Assembly (NCBI GenBank): GCA_030141605.1
Contig: JAQGDQ010001088.1
Span: forward strand, 1-63,946
DNA: 63,946 nucleotides
Direction: 5' to 3'
Source: Tubiluchus corallicola
Taxonomy: Eukaryota > Animalia > Priapulida
Under the pieces are notes generated by a model that was given only the letters and a program-made list of their open reading frames with translations, had not been told where the DNA came from and did not search any database. Positions 37,221 through 51,156 of this stretch are shown here, piece by piece. Positions within the stretch are counted from its first letter, which is position 1. Every line of letters begins with the position of its first letter. The translations under genes were made by a program, and so were the position numbers.

Positions 37221-37808
37221 ATGGAAACGACAGGAAGTAACTCAGCTGAGGCGGCGGGCAAGGACCCTTGGCAGGACCTAGAAAACATGATTGCAGAGGA
37301 ACAAGCGGACATACAAAAGTTGATACGAGAGAAAGAGGAGACGCATATGGAGGAGTCAGAGAGCTTGAAGGAGGAAAAGAGCGACCATTTGGAAAGGCTG
37401 GAGCACGAGCGCATGGCCGCCTTGCAGGAAAGTTTGGAGAGGGAACAGTTTGAAGTGAAGGAGACGGATACCAGCCGGGAGGAACGGTTTGACAAAGTTG
37501 AGGAGCAACGTTCAGAGAAAATAGAGGAGAGCGAGATCGTGGAACGATCGCAACCGCAGTCGTTGAACTCTGGAACAGTTTTGGACAGTTTTGGTTTTGG
37601 TGATATGTTAGGGAAAGGTGAGAGTAGCAATATTGAACAGGTTTTGTCTTCTGTTAAACAGAATGAGGGCTATGTACCAGACGGTTTGGGTGACATTAGA
37701 GAGGAAAAGGATCATGCGGAAACGGATAGTCTTGAAGCTTTTGAAATGGCAGAAAAGAAAGTGGAGGAGATTACACATACAGAACAGAAACGACCAACAG
37801 CAAGAAAG
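37221..37808 (+). CDS. Candidate Glu-rich coding exon B (alternative ARL6IP1 N-terminus or a nested gene)
   Basis: 196-codon purine-rich ORF (METTGSN...RPTARK), coiled-coil-like, ending at a phase-0 donor AAG|gtatga. Confidence 0.6.
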
Positions 37809-38479
37809 GTATGATTTCACCTGAGCACTCTGCACTTATACTTCCGGGTGGTTTGGTCTAGCCTTTATTTATTTACTTCCTTCTCTTCATTTTAATTAGC
37901 TGCAACTACTTAAGCTGCACATAGATGATGCTGCACTTACATACATAGTTGAATTATTCTTTTACATCATTTTTGCTGTCTTTTGGTGCATTAGTGCAAT
38001 TAGACAGTGAGATCCTTTGCCTTTTGCACTATCTTCTAACGTATTGAACATCTGCTTTTTCACTGCTACCATAAATAGCCACTATATCCCATTTGTTTTC
38101 TTTTTTGTGTGATAAATTATTTGTGCACGACTGCTAGTATTTGAGACTGGTATTTGTAAATTATTTGAGACTATATAGTCTACTGCTATATCCAAACCAA
38201 TATGCAACGACTAGTCACATCCATGTATGAAATTGTGTATGCCTAATCACATCAGCAGCTGGATATTATAGCTGTGTAACTGTAATGGTGTCCACTGATT
38301 ACCCATGTGGCCTTCTTGCGGTACAAACAAAATCTTGTAATTTTCTAGAACACTCTAGGGACAAGTAGTCTAGCTTGAAATCTCAAAACATTCAAGACAG
38401 GTCTTGCTTTATCATCATAATAACCATTTCGTTTAGGACACAGTCCATAGATAACACCTTAAGTAACTCAATACTTATT

Positions 38480-38653
38480 TCCGAGGTGGTCCCGATTATT
38501 ATTACCCGCATGTTACTTCGATAAACCTGCGTGCTTGGCCGAAAAACCAGCGGTACCATTTTTCAACTCTTTGGTATTGCTCGGTCGAGCGTTGAACCCG
38601 CGACCTCCCGGATGGTAAGCGAGTACGTTACATTTGAGTTACATCACTCGGTA
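38480..38653 (-). mobile_element. Degenerate tRNA-derived SINE
   Basis: The reverse complement has a tRNA-like head with B-box GGTTCAACGC, followed by ATACCAAAGAGTTGAAAAATGGTACC, which resembles conserved SINE central domains. Confidence 0.55.
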
Positions 38654-39479
38654 CCATCGTTACCTGTTGTGAGTAGAATTACCGGTTCTCATTAGGATTC
38701 ATTTGCTCATGAGTTTGAATGGCCTTGTGACGTAGGGAGTTGCCCCTGATACCCCAAAGCGTCCACCGTCTTTTAAATCTGAATCTTGCACCAAATGGAT
38801 TCAACATTCATTTTTATAGAAAAAAATGATGTAACATCCGTTGTATGGTTACGATTCGTTGCACAGCTCTTCTGGTTTAAGTATTTCGGTAGATCGTTTG
38901 AGACGGGCTGTTAGCGATGTGACGTGTGTGCAGAAACAATTCTACCCAAGATGATTTTATGACGCAGAGAAGAAAAACTGTTTTAACCTTTCAGTCAAAC
39001 AAACTGTAAAGGAAAGGAAAGGAAAGACCTTAATTTAATTAGGTGTGTATAGTTGAGAAATAGAGCTTACAGAAGGGCAGCCATTTTCCTCTGCATCGAG
39101 GCAAAATACTTGCTATGCCTTTCTATCATTTGATGGCATTCTTCCGCCAATGGCTACTTATTTTAAATGTTAAAGTACTTGTTATAGATACGTCTAAGCA
39201 AATAAATTTATTTGTTATGCATCAGTTAGTATGGTAGCTGTGTAATTTTTAGGTAAAGTAAAAAACCATATTGCCATATAGTACGAACACGTAGCAGTTA
39301 ATTCACACAACAGAATGTGACCTACCATTTTATGTCAATTTGTTACTCATGTTTGATGATTGAATAGAAATTCGTTTAGCGTGAACTGTGGTACCGTGTG
39401 TGAAATGCATGGAAATGTTTACCTTGCCTGTAATGATGATATTTCCTTGATTAACTGCACTTATAAATGTTGTGTTGAC

Positions 39480-39901
39480 CAGGGGTGAGAATTTTCCGCG
39501 GATACGCGGAATTCCGAGTGTTTGGAAGACCAGTAGTGCCATTTTTGTAAATCGCGTAAATTCGTTGAGAAAATTTTTATAGACCCAGTACCTTATTTCA
39601 CAAACTGACCGCTAGTTGGCAGGCCGTCACTTTGTTTACATCACGTACATCAGTGTAACCACGTGTATATCGCTATATATAAAAATATAGAATCAATTTG
39701 TGCGGAGTTATTTGAGTCAATTGCAGACAGTTTTTATATACTTTTGCATAGGAGCGGCCAGTACTTAGGCGTTTTTGAGACAATTAGGTATCATGTATCC
39801 TTGATAGTTTGTATTTTAAATTATACATGAAACAAGGTAATTGATATTTTAAGTCCACTTAGAGGCTCTTTATGGTCACAAAGTTGCAATTTGTTGCTGG
39901 C
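39480..39901 (+). mobile_element. hAT-like MITE, truncated copy 2
   Basis: Matches 57704-~58120 and lacks the right TIR. Confidence 0.85.
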
Positions 39902-40507
39902 TCCTTTTCGTTCCAAAGACACCGTTTACTGTAATAAACTTACTGTAATACAGCTGCCAGTGTGTGACGACGTGTAACTCAGGTGTAATTACAGGTGATT
40001 CAGTGTTTGGAAATCATTGATTTACTTATAATGATTATAATGATGCAGGTATTACGATACGATTACGATTACCACATGATTATAGTGGTACCTATCACTC
40101 GCCTACAGCATCGGTAAATATAAACTAGTATTAGAGTATTTTAGATTAAAAGCGTATTATAATCGTATCTGAATTTGGATCCGGGTACAGAGGCAAACTA
40201 TAAGTTTGTTTTTAACTAAAATGTATTTTCCTTATTGACACGGATTTTCATTTTCACTTAAAAGAACATTATACTAAACGTCAGTGAAAACCAGAGCCAC
40301 CATGCGGGTTTGACGTGTGTTACTGATTGTTATTATGTGATATTTTGCTAATGAACGGAAATCATTTAGCTGTTTCTGGTTTTTATGGATTGCGTATCTA
40401 TGCCACTGAGCCGTGAGCTATTACAAAATTTCTTATGCGCAATTTGAAAAATTTGTAAAAAAAATTCAAATCTCCGCCAATTGAACCAAAAATTAATAGG
40501 CTTCGAG

Positions 40508-40801
40508 CTTGAACCATGCCTTACCATTGTGTGAGGTTTGAACTATGCCTTGCCATTGTGTGAGGTTTGAACCATGCCTTGCCATTGTGTGAGGTTTGAA
40601 CCATGCCTTACCATTGTGTGAGGTTTGAACTATGCCTTACTATTGTGTGAGGTTTGAACCATGGTTACCATTGTGTGAGTGAGGTTTGAACCATGGTTAC
40701 CATTGTGTGAGGTTTGAACTATGGTTACCATTGTGTGAGGTTTGAACCATGGTTTACCATTGCGTGAGGTTTGAACCATGCCTTACCATTGTGTGAGGTT
40801 T
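40508..40801 (+). repeat. 29-bp minisatellite (~10 copies)
   Basis: Unit GAGGTTTGAACCATGCCTTACCATTGTGT. Confidence 0.93.
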
Positions 40802-41092
40802 CAACATCCCAGATTACTCACGAACCGGGATAAAGTGGCGACAGACCGACAGACAGACATGGAACCGATAATTCTATAGTTGCCCACTATAATTGTTGGG
40901 GCAATTACAAGTAGATCCTGTTTTGTGTGGCTGTAACACGTTTTACTATAATTAACACAAGATGTTTATAAATACGGGGGACAGTTTAAATATTTATGAG
41001 CTTGCAGCTTTACTTCACAGAGTTAAACACCCGCTGGTGTGATTTTTGAGACACGTTCTGCCACTGTAAGTCAAAGAACAAAATAAAGAACA

Positions 41093-41125
<33 letters not shown>

Positions 41126-41683
41126 CTTTTTATTTATATTTTAACACACGCACAGTTATAATCCAATTAATTTGAAAACAAAAATGTGAAGAAAGGGCGG
41201 CGTAAGACCAATTGGTCATCTAGTCAGCTGCCCTTTGGTTAGTGATGAACATTTTTGTAAACGCCATGTATTAGTGTATTAGTGTTAGTACTGCTTATAA
41301 TTAAGATTTAATTGTTACGAATGACGTTAAATTGATATGCTTATAACCTGTTAGTACAATTCATGCACAGTAATAATGAGTGCATAATAAAAAAAATCTA
41401 ACTGAAAATAACTGAAATAAAACTGAACTGAAATAAGAACTGAAACAAAAACTGAAATAGAAATCTGACAACAGAAACATAAGAACAATGGCAACTGAAA
41501 TATACTTTATAACACAAGCTTAATTCTTAGACATAAGCAAGCGAATGTTTTCTGGGAAGTCAAAAAACATTAAAATGAGCATCTTTGAGAACCTTCCAAA
41601 ATGTTATTAGAAGAGGATGACCGTACGCATGAATTTTATAAGTACCCTGCGAGTGAATTGTTGCTGGTTTGGTAATCACCAGC

Positions 41684-41743
41684 CAGGGCCTATTTCAGCC
41701 TAAGCGAGGCCCGGCGAAGTCCCCCCCCCCGAAATAGGCCCTG
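41684..41743. mobile_element. 60-bp hAT-like mini-MITE
   Basis: TIR CAGGGCCTATTTC / GAAATAGGCCCTG, with 8-bp flanks TCACCAGC / TCACCAGT (7/8 match). Confidence 0.75.
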
Positions 41744-42144
41744 TCACCAGTACGTTTACACCCTTTACCAAATTAGAAAACTTACGAACTTTTGACAATG
41801 GATATCAGTGCTAGAATTCCTCTTTTCTGCAACGAAAAACTACATATTTAAGATGGGCGCTACTGTGAACTGCTGGACCGTTGTTGCTGTGTGCTAAACA
41901 TTTTTTTCTGTGTTTATTTGTCCTGTTAACAGATGGCGATAAACACGCACTAAATAATGCTCTTGTTTATTTGTTATCAGTACCATCATTGCATCGTTAC
42001 GATGTCAATCGATTATACATTTTCGTGTCTCAGTATCGACCGAGATAAGTTAGTAAAGATTGTCTAAGGTTAGTTAATGTGATTTTTACCATTTGGCATC
42101 AAAAACATTATTTTGTTGTATGAAGAAACTTGTATATTTTATTT

Positions 42145-42945
42145 TGTGGGAAACTATGTAGAAGTCACAGAGAATGTTGTAATTGTGTGTGAAAGTCATC
42201 AAGAATGTGGGAAACTATGTAGAAGTCGCAGAGAATGTTGTAATTGTATGTGGAAGTCATCAAGAATGTGGGAAACTATGTAGAAGTTGCAGAGAATGTT
42301 GTAATTGTATGTGAAAGTCATCAAGAATGTGGGAAACTATGTAGAAGTCGCAGAGAATGTTGTAATTGTATGTGAAAGTCATCAAGAATGTGGGAAACTA
42401 TGTAGAAGTTGCAGAGAATGTTGTAATTGTATGTGAAAGTCATCAAGAATGTGGGAAACTATGTAGAAGTCGCAGAGAATGTTGTAATTGTATGTGGAAG
42501 TCATCAAGAATGTGGGAAACTACGTAGAAGTCACAGAGCATGTTGTAATTGTATGTGAAAGTCATCAAGAATGTGGGAAACTATGTAGAAGTCGCAGAGA
42601 ATGTTGTAATTGTATGTGAAAGTCATCAAGAATGTGGGAAACTATGTAGAAGTCGCAGAAACTATGTAGAAGTCACAGAGAATGTTGTAATTGTATGTGA
42701 AAGTCATCAAGAATGTGGAAAACTATGTAGAAGTCACAGAGAATGTTGTAATTGTATGTGGAAGTCATCAAGAATGTGGGAAACTACGTAGAAGTCACAG
42801 AGCATGTTGTAATTGTATGTGAAAGTCATCAAGAATGTGGGAAACTATGTACAAGTCACAGAGAATGTTGTAATTGTATGTGCAATTCATCAAGAATGTG
42901 GACTACTATGCAAAAGTCGCAGATGATCTTGGGGATTGTGTGAAA
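42145..42945 (+). repeat. 61-bp minisatellite (~13 copies)
   Basis: Unit TGTGGGAAACTATGTAGAAGTCACAGAGAATGTTGTAATTGTATGTGAAAGTCATCAAGAA. Confidence 0.95.
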
Positions 42946-43870
42946 ATCCCGAGAATTTGGGTGTTGTTATATGTAAACAAATTAACTACATGGAGTTAGC
43001 ATCTTAGAATTTGTGGTATGAATTCTTATTTGCGGTTCAGTTCAGTACGAGTACAAGTAGTAGTTTAATCATTTATTAGCAGTCTTGTGGACCATATCAT
43101 GTTTATACAGCTGTTATTGAAGAATTTACAATGCGTGTCTTATAATTGCTCTTGGCGTGTCATACGGGTGGGTTATTTATAGGCTTGTGTAGCAACTGCT
43201 TAATCTAAATTCATTCAGTTTAAGAGTAAAATTGTACTGTAACGAGCGTTAGGTTTATGGAAGAAGCTCTCCGTACTTTCATCGTTGGCTGCCAAGTGCC
43301 AACAGTTTGCTTGATGCATGAGTTTTGCTACTGCCTTTCACACTTTACTCTGGATATTCATAGATACAGCTTTTAAATATTGCTGCTTTAAATGCGGCTT
43401 GTAAGTACAGGTTTTTCCCTTGAGCTTCTTATCTATGGAATTTTTGTTTCAGTGAAGGGATTTGTGTAGAAAACAACTGATAGTTCACAGTTTAAGAGCT
43501 AAGAAAACTGTAAGTTTGCCTCCTGATCCACACTTATTCTTAAAGCTAGTGTTATTAGTCTTACACGCTCCGTACCCGTGTAGTGTGTCTGTTTCTTCTT
43601 AAAAAGCGCACGCGTGTTTATCCTCATTAGATAAGGAAGCCTGTATCTGTGAAGGGGCTGTATTAACTTCCCGTGTAAGTGCTAGACATTCAGTGTTGTA
43701 CTTCCAATTTACCCATAAAACTCCCTGACTGAATCTCCACTGATATCTGTGGCTCCAGCATTCTGTTTTTCATTCGACACACTGCGCAGCTCAGTATTGA
43801 TCCATGCACCCCTCCCAGTTCTTGCTGTGACCCGACATTGACTGCTGCTGCATCTAGTGTTGTTGTGTAG

Positions 43871-44014
43871 TACTGTGTCTCACTACTAGCCCCCAGGTAC
43901 GCTGAAACAACCACCTGCACAGAGCTGGATAGTACAGATCTGCTCACTAAAGAGCTGGAAGAGAGTTTCATCCTTGTCCAACATTCTGTCATGGAGGAGG
44001 AGAGTCAACCGCAG
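43871..44014 (+). CDS. Candidate acidic exon C (…ELEESFILVQHSVMEEESQPQ); 5' boundary uncertain
   Basis: Open frame after tgtgtag (43870) with a strong phase-0 donor CAG|gttagt. An internal ATG at 43991 could also act as an alternative start. Confidence 0.4.
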
Positions 44015-44699
44015 GTTAGTCAGTTGCTATAGCAGCGAGGGGATGCTGATGCTGTTGCACTCAACAGCTGCGAGATGCATGCGAAGCCATGAAATCTGTC
44101 GAGTTTTTTCGTCAATTCCAGGCGGCGAAAATTTGATTAGAAATAGTTGAATGATGAAAGCATCACGTTTAACATCTGATTTTGTACGGAGGGATGGTAT
44201 TCGCTAATTGTAAGAGCAGTTATCTTGTTAAATGTTGTTTCAATTAGGCTTTGAGAACTTAACTAACTTTTAAGCAGTTACATTTTTCCGACTGAACGCC
44301 GTGGATTCTCATCATATGTCTTCCAAATTGAATGTAAAATACAGTTGTACATGGCAGGGTTTTTTGCACTGTCGTTAGAAGAGTTGTTGATTTGTGTAAA
44401 GAGTTGACAGAAACCAGTTGTTGCGTTCCAATGTCAGCCCCACAAGCACCTGCTCAACCAAAGAGATAGCATGTTCAACATGTCCACACAATCATAGCTG
44501 TGCTATTTATGCTTCGGTGATAAAAATAAGTCTTCGTGGGTTGATATGAACTTCGGTGAAACTTTGGAAACTGTTAAGGCAAGCATTTTAGCAAAATTAT
44601 TTAAGTCGCCTTATCTTTACATATATTTCACGTCTACCACTCTAAACATGTGATAAGAGATACAGTAAAAATGTAAAAATACGGATGCATGTTTGGAAA

Positions 44700-44845
44700 A
44701 ATAAAAATCTTGTGGTTTTGCTAGCGAGAGAAGATCTTGAAATGCTGTTCTTGAAATTGGTGAAGTTGTATTTAACAGGGAAACTATTTTCTAGTAAAGA
44801 ATTCCACAGATAAGAAGTCCGAGGGAAGATGGACTTGTGAACAAT
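44700..44845 (-). mobile_element. CR1/L2-type LINE ORF2 C-terminal remnant
   Basis: SIFPRTSYLWNSL...NFKN matches the FPRT..LWN.L end motif of these LINEs. Confidence 0.6.
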
Positions 44846-47120
44846 TATTATTATTATTATATTCAATACAATAGTTTATTGTTATCATATAAAATACAAT
44901 AGTACGTTCATTAAAAATGGATAAAAACAAGAATCGTGTTTACATGACATATGGTGCCATCTATTGTAACTATCATTATCATAAAAACAATGCTATCGTA
45001 CTGTGTGTCCAACGTGAAAGTGAGAAAGATCTTTAATTCTACAAACAGTCGCCATATGACAACCAATGATGAGACGTCCGTCCAGAGAATATCTACGGTT
45101 ATAGTTCCATTATTATTCCCGTATAATTAATAATCTTTTGAAGATAAGTTACAGGGTTACTGGGTATTTCTTTACAAAAGTCAAATCAAATCAAAAAAAC
45201 TGAAAAGTATAGTCTGTTATCAATTACCTATTATGACGTTGTGTGTGTGAGAGGTGAATAAATGTTTTGAATTGAATCTCATGTGCTTAGTAATGGCACA
45301 CGTAGACTGCAGATCAATAGAGCTGTACTCAGCAGTGTTTACGATTGCCTTTCCGAGCGAGGCTAAAACAAACCATAAAACAACGGAGCACGAAATGAAC
45401 TTTGAAGATTTTTCCTTTTACAACTTTGTGTTTTCTGTAGTACGCCGTGTTCGCTTTCCTAATTCGAGAGCGCAAGTTATTCAGGTATTTCCGGACAATC
45501 GTTCGGGTATTTCCGGAACACTCGAGAGCAGCGATTTTTACATTAACTTAAAGGATCCGTTTATCAAAATTGAATCTTTTATTAACAAAATGCAAGCAAA
45601 AAAGTGTCGATAATTTTGAAGCTTCTCCACTAAATTTCGTGAAACCGAAGCCAATTTTCTCATTCTTGTGACAAAATTTAATTTTTAATTTTTATTTACT
45701 TAGTTGCTTATAATGTTAATTTTACCTTGTAGATATGTGTCTATGTTTATGATGAAATAAGCCCAATAATTAATGCATGGAAATCTTGACGTTGACATAG
45801 TTGAAGGAAGGAAATATCAGAAGAAACTCCGTGGATTTCATGACTTAGAGAGCCATGCCATGACCAATACGGAAGCGTGTACACTGGCCATTGTGACGTT
45901 AGACTCATAGTTCGAAGGATACTGGTTCAAATCCAAGCTTAATCCCAGCTTTTTCACATTTCCTCTTTTTCGTTCAGTTTGATTTCAAAATTTCAATAAT
46001 TAAGTGTTCATTCCATCGTCTATGCCACTTTTTACTGAAGTAGTTCCAGCTAAGTGCCTTAGTTGAGCATAAAAAGTTTATAAACTGTTTGTATATCATT
46101 TTTCTTGTTTCCTTTTATCGACAAAAAACACAAATTATTGGTTCTTAGACCATAAGAACAGGAATTTGGTAATTTAGTTTAATTATTTAAATAAACATTT
46201 TTCTCATTTGCATGGTGTGTTGGTCTCAGACTGTACTTAGTGAGGCTCGGTAAGCTATTTAGAGACTATCGGTTTTTTATGAGTAATGATTTAATAAAGA
46301 ATATGGGGAGAATGGGTAAATTAAAAATTCTAGTTCTTCACTTATAATATTGTGAGTGGGTTTAGCAAAACTCTAGTTACATATACTATACAGCAGAAGC
46401 CTCGGTCGGTTCAGTGCCTCATCTTAGAGTTAGATGATTAACCTTGATATTGATCGGAAGTTCTGTACTCACCACAACCATTCCATGAATTTCAATAGGG
46501 ATATTTTTGCCGCGCAATGCCTGTTAACACCGGAACAGCGCAAAAACTCCAAGCTTATGATGTTTATGAAAAACTGCCAACTTTGCTGGTTTATGAAAAA
46601 GTGCAAAAACGGCAAGCTGACTATGTGATTGATTTTCTTTAAACAGTTTCATTCATGCATGAGGGTTATTTTTCACCGTCAAGTGTTCTGTTACACCGTT
46701 AGTCGTGTGAATGTGTTGAAACTCAAGCACGGTGGAGTTACTTCAAGCAAGAGAAATCAATGCTGTAATTTACGCAACAGGGATCAGTAGAAGACTAACA
46801 TTTGCTTCTAAACTTAATGATCATTCAGTGAATGCACAGAAAGTAATGCAGCAGATTTTTCTCAAGTAGAATGACTTGTATTGACGTCCGTACGTGTGAC
46901 TGCATGTCTATTCTTGACGTATTTATATTGTTTGAAGGTACAGTATGTGTAGGAATGAGTGTAAAGGAGTTTTGTTGTAAAATGTAGCGTATTGAAATAG
47001 TTGAAATGGAAAATATTAAGGGGCATCCTGTATAATTTAGTGTTTTGGTCAGGTGGTACTTTTTTATAATGGGCACGTTGTCGTCTGATTGAGATTGTAA
47101 AGAATCATGTAAAGCACAAT

Positions 47121-47465
47121 GTATGGCCTCCAGTCAATTATAAACCTATTTTAATATATATCTATGTAAATTAAACATACACTGTGGTCGTTTCCTCTCC
47201 TCTTTTCCTTCTATCTATCCCTAATCTTACTATTTTTTCCATTCCATTATGTCTACTAACCCTAACCATTCTTTCATTCACTCATTTGTGCCACCTTAAC
47301 AAGCCAAGCTTTCATGGTGTCATACAGCAACTCTTTTATTTGGTTATTTTGACTTCATCAACGTTTTTTTTACCTATACTGTTTCTTTTTCTTTCAATAA
47401 TATTGTATGTTGAAATATTGTATATGTATTGCTGGAGTGAAATTATTGACTGATTGATTGATTGA
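47121..47465 (+). mobile_element. Dispersed LINE/SINE 3'-end repeat, copy 2
   Basis: Direct homolog of 7275-7621 with a (TTGA)n tail. Confidence 0.75.
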
Positions 47466-48083
47466 TGTAGTCCAGTCAGAAAAATGGCGTTAATTTGTTT
47501 ACTAATGTTTCTTAAATAAACACGCACTTTTCATTTGAATATTGAATTGGAATTTCCGTTATAACTGCTCAGTACGTATTCATTGTGAACTTATAATCTT
47601 CTTGCAATGAATAATATTCGCTTGAAAATATGGGATTGATTGGAACCTTGCGCTTGACGTTCTGAGCCTCGGGCTCATTGCAAATGCATTTTATGCTGTT
47701 ATGGTAATGTACATGTATTTTGAGTTCACTCTAACATCTTATGAATGTAAACGAGCTTTTTGTAGTGGCGCGCGAAATCCTTGACTATGATAAAACGTGG
47801 TCACGTATCCAGTTCTTCGTTCAGTTATCCTCGCTTGCCTTTTTTGCACATTGTTCCAAACAATGGAGTGATCACTCAGTTTGGAAGTACCATTCTTTAG
47901 CGGTCATAGTGGAATCGTAAAAAAATAGTATTCTTGTTAAAGCACAAGAAAAGCCTCAACTTACATAAAGCTTAAGAATTCGTCTTGATATTTTATACCA
48001 CTTACGTACTGCCTTTTTGCATGTAGAACCTGCATCGGCAGTAATGCTATATAAAACGTGTAAATTTAAACTCTCGCGATGAC

Positions 48084-48587
48084 CGTTAGACGCAGCCATT
48101 TTAACGATAAGTCATTTGAAACAAGTTTAGCTAAGATTCTGTAAAGTTTGAAAAAAATAATCAGAGCATTCGTAGCACTCATGTCACTAACTATGTAAAA
48201 TTTTAAATGACTGTATCAGTAAGATTAAAAAGACGTTTTTTGGTTAGTGAGTGGTGCACCCTGGAGGGTGAGTCAGCGACATGTTACCATTTGGTGAAAA
48301 CATTTTAAATAATTAACAATTTTCTTTTCTAGTTACGTGAGTTTTTCAAGCAGGTAAGCGAAATGCTAAGTAACATGACTTTGCATGGAAAGTTTTTTAG
48401 GACATAATTTAACACTTCCTTTTCTTTCCCTGATTTACGTTTGCGCAGGTGACGTCATGTAATGGCGCCGTTGCGGGAAATTTAAAATGAAAATCCTTTC
48501 AACGCGAGTACGATGTATGCATCAAGTTGCTATAAAGTAATATAATTTCTGAAGGCGATTTTTCTGAAACCTACTTCAGGTATCCCT
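48084..48587. repeat. Dispersed repeat, inverted copy 2 of 13405-13922
   Basis: Long colinear reverse-complement matches. Confidence 0.75.
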
Positions 48588-49132
48588 TTTCTTGTCCCTT
48601 TTCTAGTGATTTTGGTGTTAAATGTTGCTAATACTCTTCTTAAAGAGGTTGTAGTTACATGCAGGTAAACAGGGTTCTGGTAAAGAGTTCGTCATATAAG
48701 CAGCTCCGAGGAAAAAACCAGATAATTGAGCAGTTCTTCTTCATCTAGGAATGTCTCAGTAAACCCATGAGAAGCAGCAGAAAGGCGAGTATTATAAACA
48801 AACTGTCGGGGGGGGGTGTTTATGAACCAGTGAAAGGTCCTGAGAGTATCTTACATAGCAAGAAATGAAAATAGGTAAAAACGAAGCTTAATGTGTCAAC
48901 TGACCACTTCAAAATCACTGTGAAGTAAACCGCTTCAAATGCTCAACTTTACTAATCTGTATTGAAATTAATACGTACAGGGATTTTTATGCCATGCTGT
49001 ATGAGATGTCTATCAGCTAATGAGTGTCAGATTACACTAATCGATTACTGAGAGAAAAGTAATCAGTAATTGCGATTAGTTTAGTGTTTCTGTTGTAGGA
49101 CATCACTATCGTTTTGCAGTTTCATGAAGCCG

Positions 49133-49453
49133 TTTTGTGAGTCTCCAGCTTTGTCGTTATTGGCGCTAGTGTCGCCGCAGAATATTGCTCCAGAAGTGTT
49201 GTTAAAAGCGCGCTTTGTGAGTCTCCAGGTTTGCCGTTATTGGCGCTAGTGTCGCCGCAGAATTTTGCTCCTGAAGTGTTGTTAAAAGCGCGCTTTGTGA
49301 GTCTCCAGCTTTGCCGTTATTGGCGCTAGTGTCGCCGCAGAATTTTGCTCCTGAAGTGCTGTTAAAAGCGCGCTTTGTGAGTCTCCAGCTTTGCCGTTAT
49401 TGGCGCTAGTGTCGCCGCAGAATATTGCTCCTGAAGTGTTGTTAAAAGCGCGC
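49133..49453 (+). repeat. 80-bp tandem repeat x4
   Basis: TTTGTGAGTCTCCAG...GTTAAAAGCGCG at 80-bp spacing. Confidence 0.93.
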
Positions 49454-49813
49454 GCTTCGCTGCTTTCATCATTTTGTCGTAAATTGAGACGCATTAATTA
49501 TTTATGTCAGATTAATATCAGCCATTAGGTTTAGCATTTTTGCATGAATAATAGCAGCGCTAGTTAATTGATGTGAGTGAGGATGATACGTTTAATCAGT
49601 CAAGGCTAATTTTGCACGTCCCGTAGTCTAATCTGTCCTACTTACAACTTTATTCATACTTACTGGTGCTATACAAGGATGCAGACAGTATCAGCTACAT
49701 ATAGTATCTGTGACAATCACAATTTATTTTGGCAAATAAAAATGTCAGCTATAATATCGTTAAAGTTATTGCCTTCAAATGCGGTGAAGTGAAGACTGGA
49801 CCCGATTTCCTGT

Positions 49814-49926
49814 GGCTACGGGTTACACACGGGCACCCACTCCAGTGTCAATTGGAGAATTGAAGTTAAGCGTATCTGGTTCTGGTGAATATTTAGATGG
49901 GTAACCGTGAAGGAATATGTACTGTT
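49814..49926 (+). pseudogene. Highly degenerate 5S rRNA-like sequence
   Basis: GGCTACGG start, TGAAGTTAAGC (box A), and AGATGGGTAACC...GGAATA (box C region) at 5S-like spacing. Confidence 0.45.
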
Positions 49927-51156
49927 CCTGATCTTGCCAACGAGTGTTAGTTTCATATAAATTTTTGACATAATTTGAAATCACGGGAGCCTAAAAACCG
50001 TCTAATAAAAACCACGAAATAGCATTCAAATCATATTGCGCTCTGTAAAAGAGAGACATGAATTGTAGTGCAAAAATATTCATCATTGGCTAAGTACCTA
50101 TAATCCTAGGTACTTAGTTGGATATCTACCCAGAGTCCACTGCAACTAATTACACGCCTCCTTGCGGTTACGAATGTAAATAATTGCGTATGTTAGCTTG
50201 CTCACTCTAGAGCAATCGTATTAAATTGAAGTGAGACTCTGCGCACGCGTGACATTTAAATCTATGGACTCTTGTATATACTTGTGTATATTTCAGCTAT
50301 TCCCTAAGATCTTATGAAGATAACACAATTTTGAAAGATGTAACAAAGTTTTCTTTACAGACGTCTTTTCCTGGAGCTATTTCGTCACCCATTATCTGAA
50401 ATGGGCGTATAGAATTCACATTTACGACGCCTCAATATGGCCCATCAGAGCATAAGCACGACTACTTGTAATCATAAACCCATTCGGTTACGTGTTATCA
50501 CGTGACAAGTGCCATAAAACTTGTCATGCTGCTGATACAGAGGCTCTAGTAATCCCCGTTTCCCAGTCTGAGACATCAGTTTTCCCGTCTATTGATTTCT
50601 GGCTTCATCTATGAGGCTCATGAATAAAATGGCTTCGTACAAACGCTGGTTTTGCTTTAAGTGCTGCGTATTGTACTCTTTCACGTAAACGGTTTAGCTT
50701 GTGATTTGTACGAAGGCCGAATAGAAGTTTTCTTAATGATTTAATACCGAGTTTTTCTATTTTATCATTTCATGGAATTCATTGACTGGCAAAAGCTGAA
50801 AAGTCACTTTTATTTTGTTCAAACCAGGTAAGTAGTTCCTGTACCTACTGGGCAGAGCGGTCAACTGCGGTCAAGCTGACCCTTTGCATATTACGTCATC
50901 GCGTGCTGAAATCGTATTTTGCTCAAACTGGTACAGCCTTCCCCGTATCGGACATGAGATTCGATATGAAGCTTGAGACAGACACTTATAAGTCTGATCA
51001 GTGGCTAGATTGGTGACCATCGTATTCAGTTCTCATTTTTGATTCTTTCTTCTACGGTAGGGTCGTTGATGTTCACCTAATCGAAGAAAGTTGCCAACTC
51101 GTCCCCCCCCCCTGAATGTCATTGATAGACCTCTGCTGGTTTAGTGCCTCACGAAG

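Noticed and set aside
45870-45960. tRNA gene (GGTTCAAATCC B-box)
   Set aside because: No convincing cloverleaf or acceptor stem. At most a decayed tRNA-SINE head.
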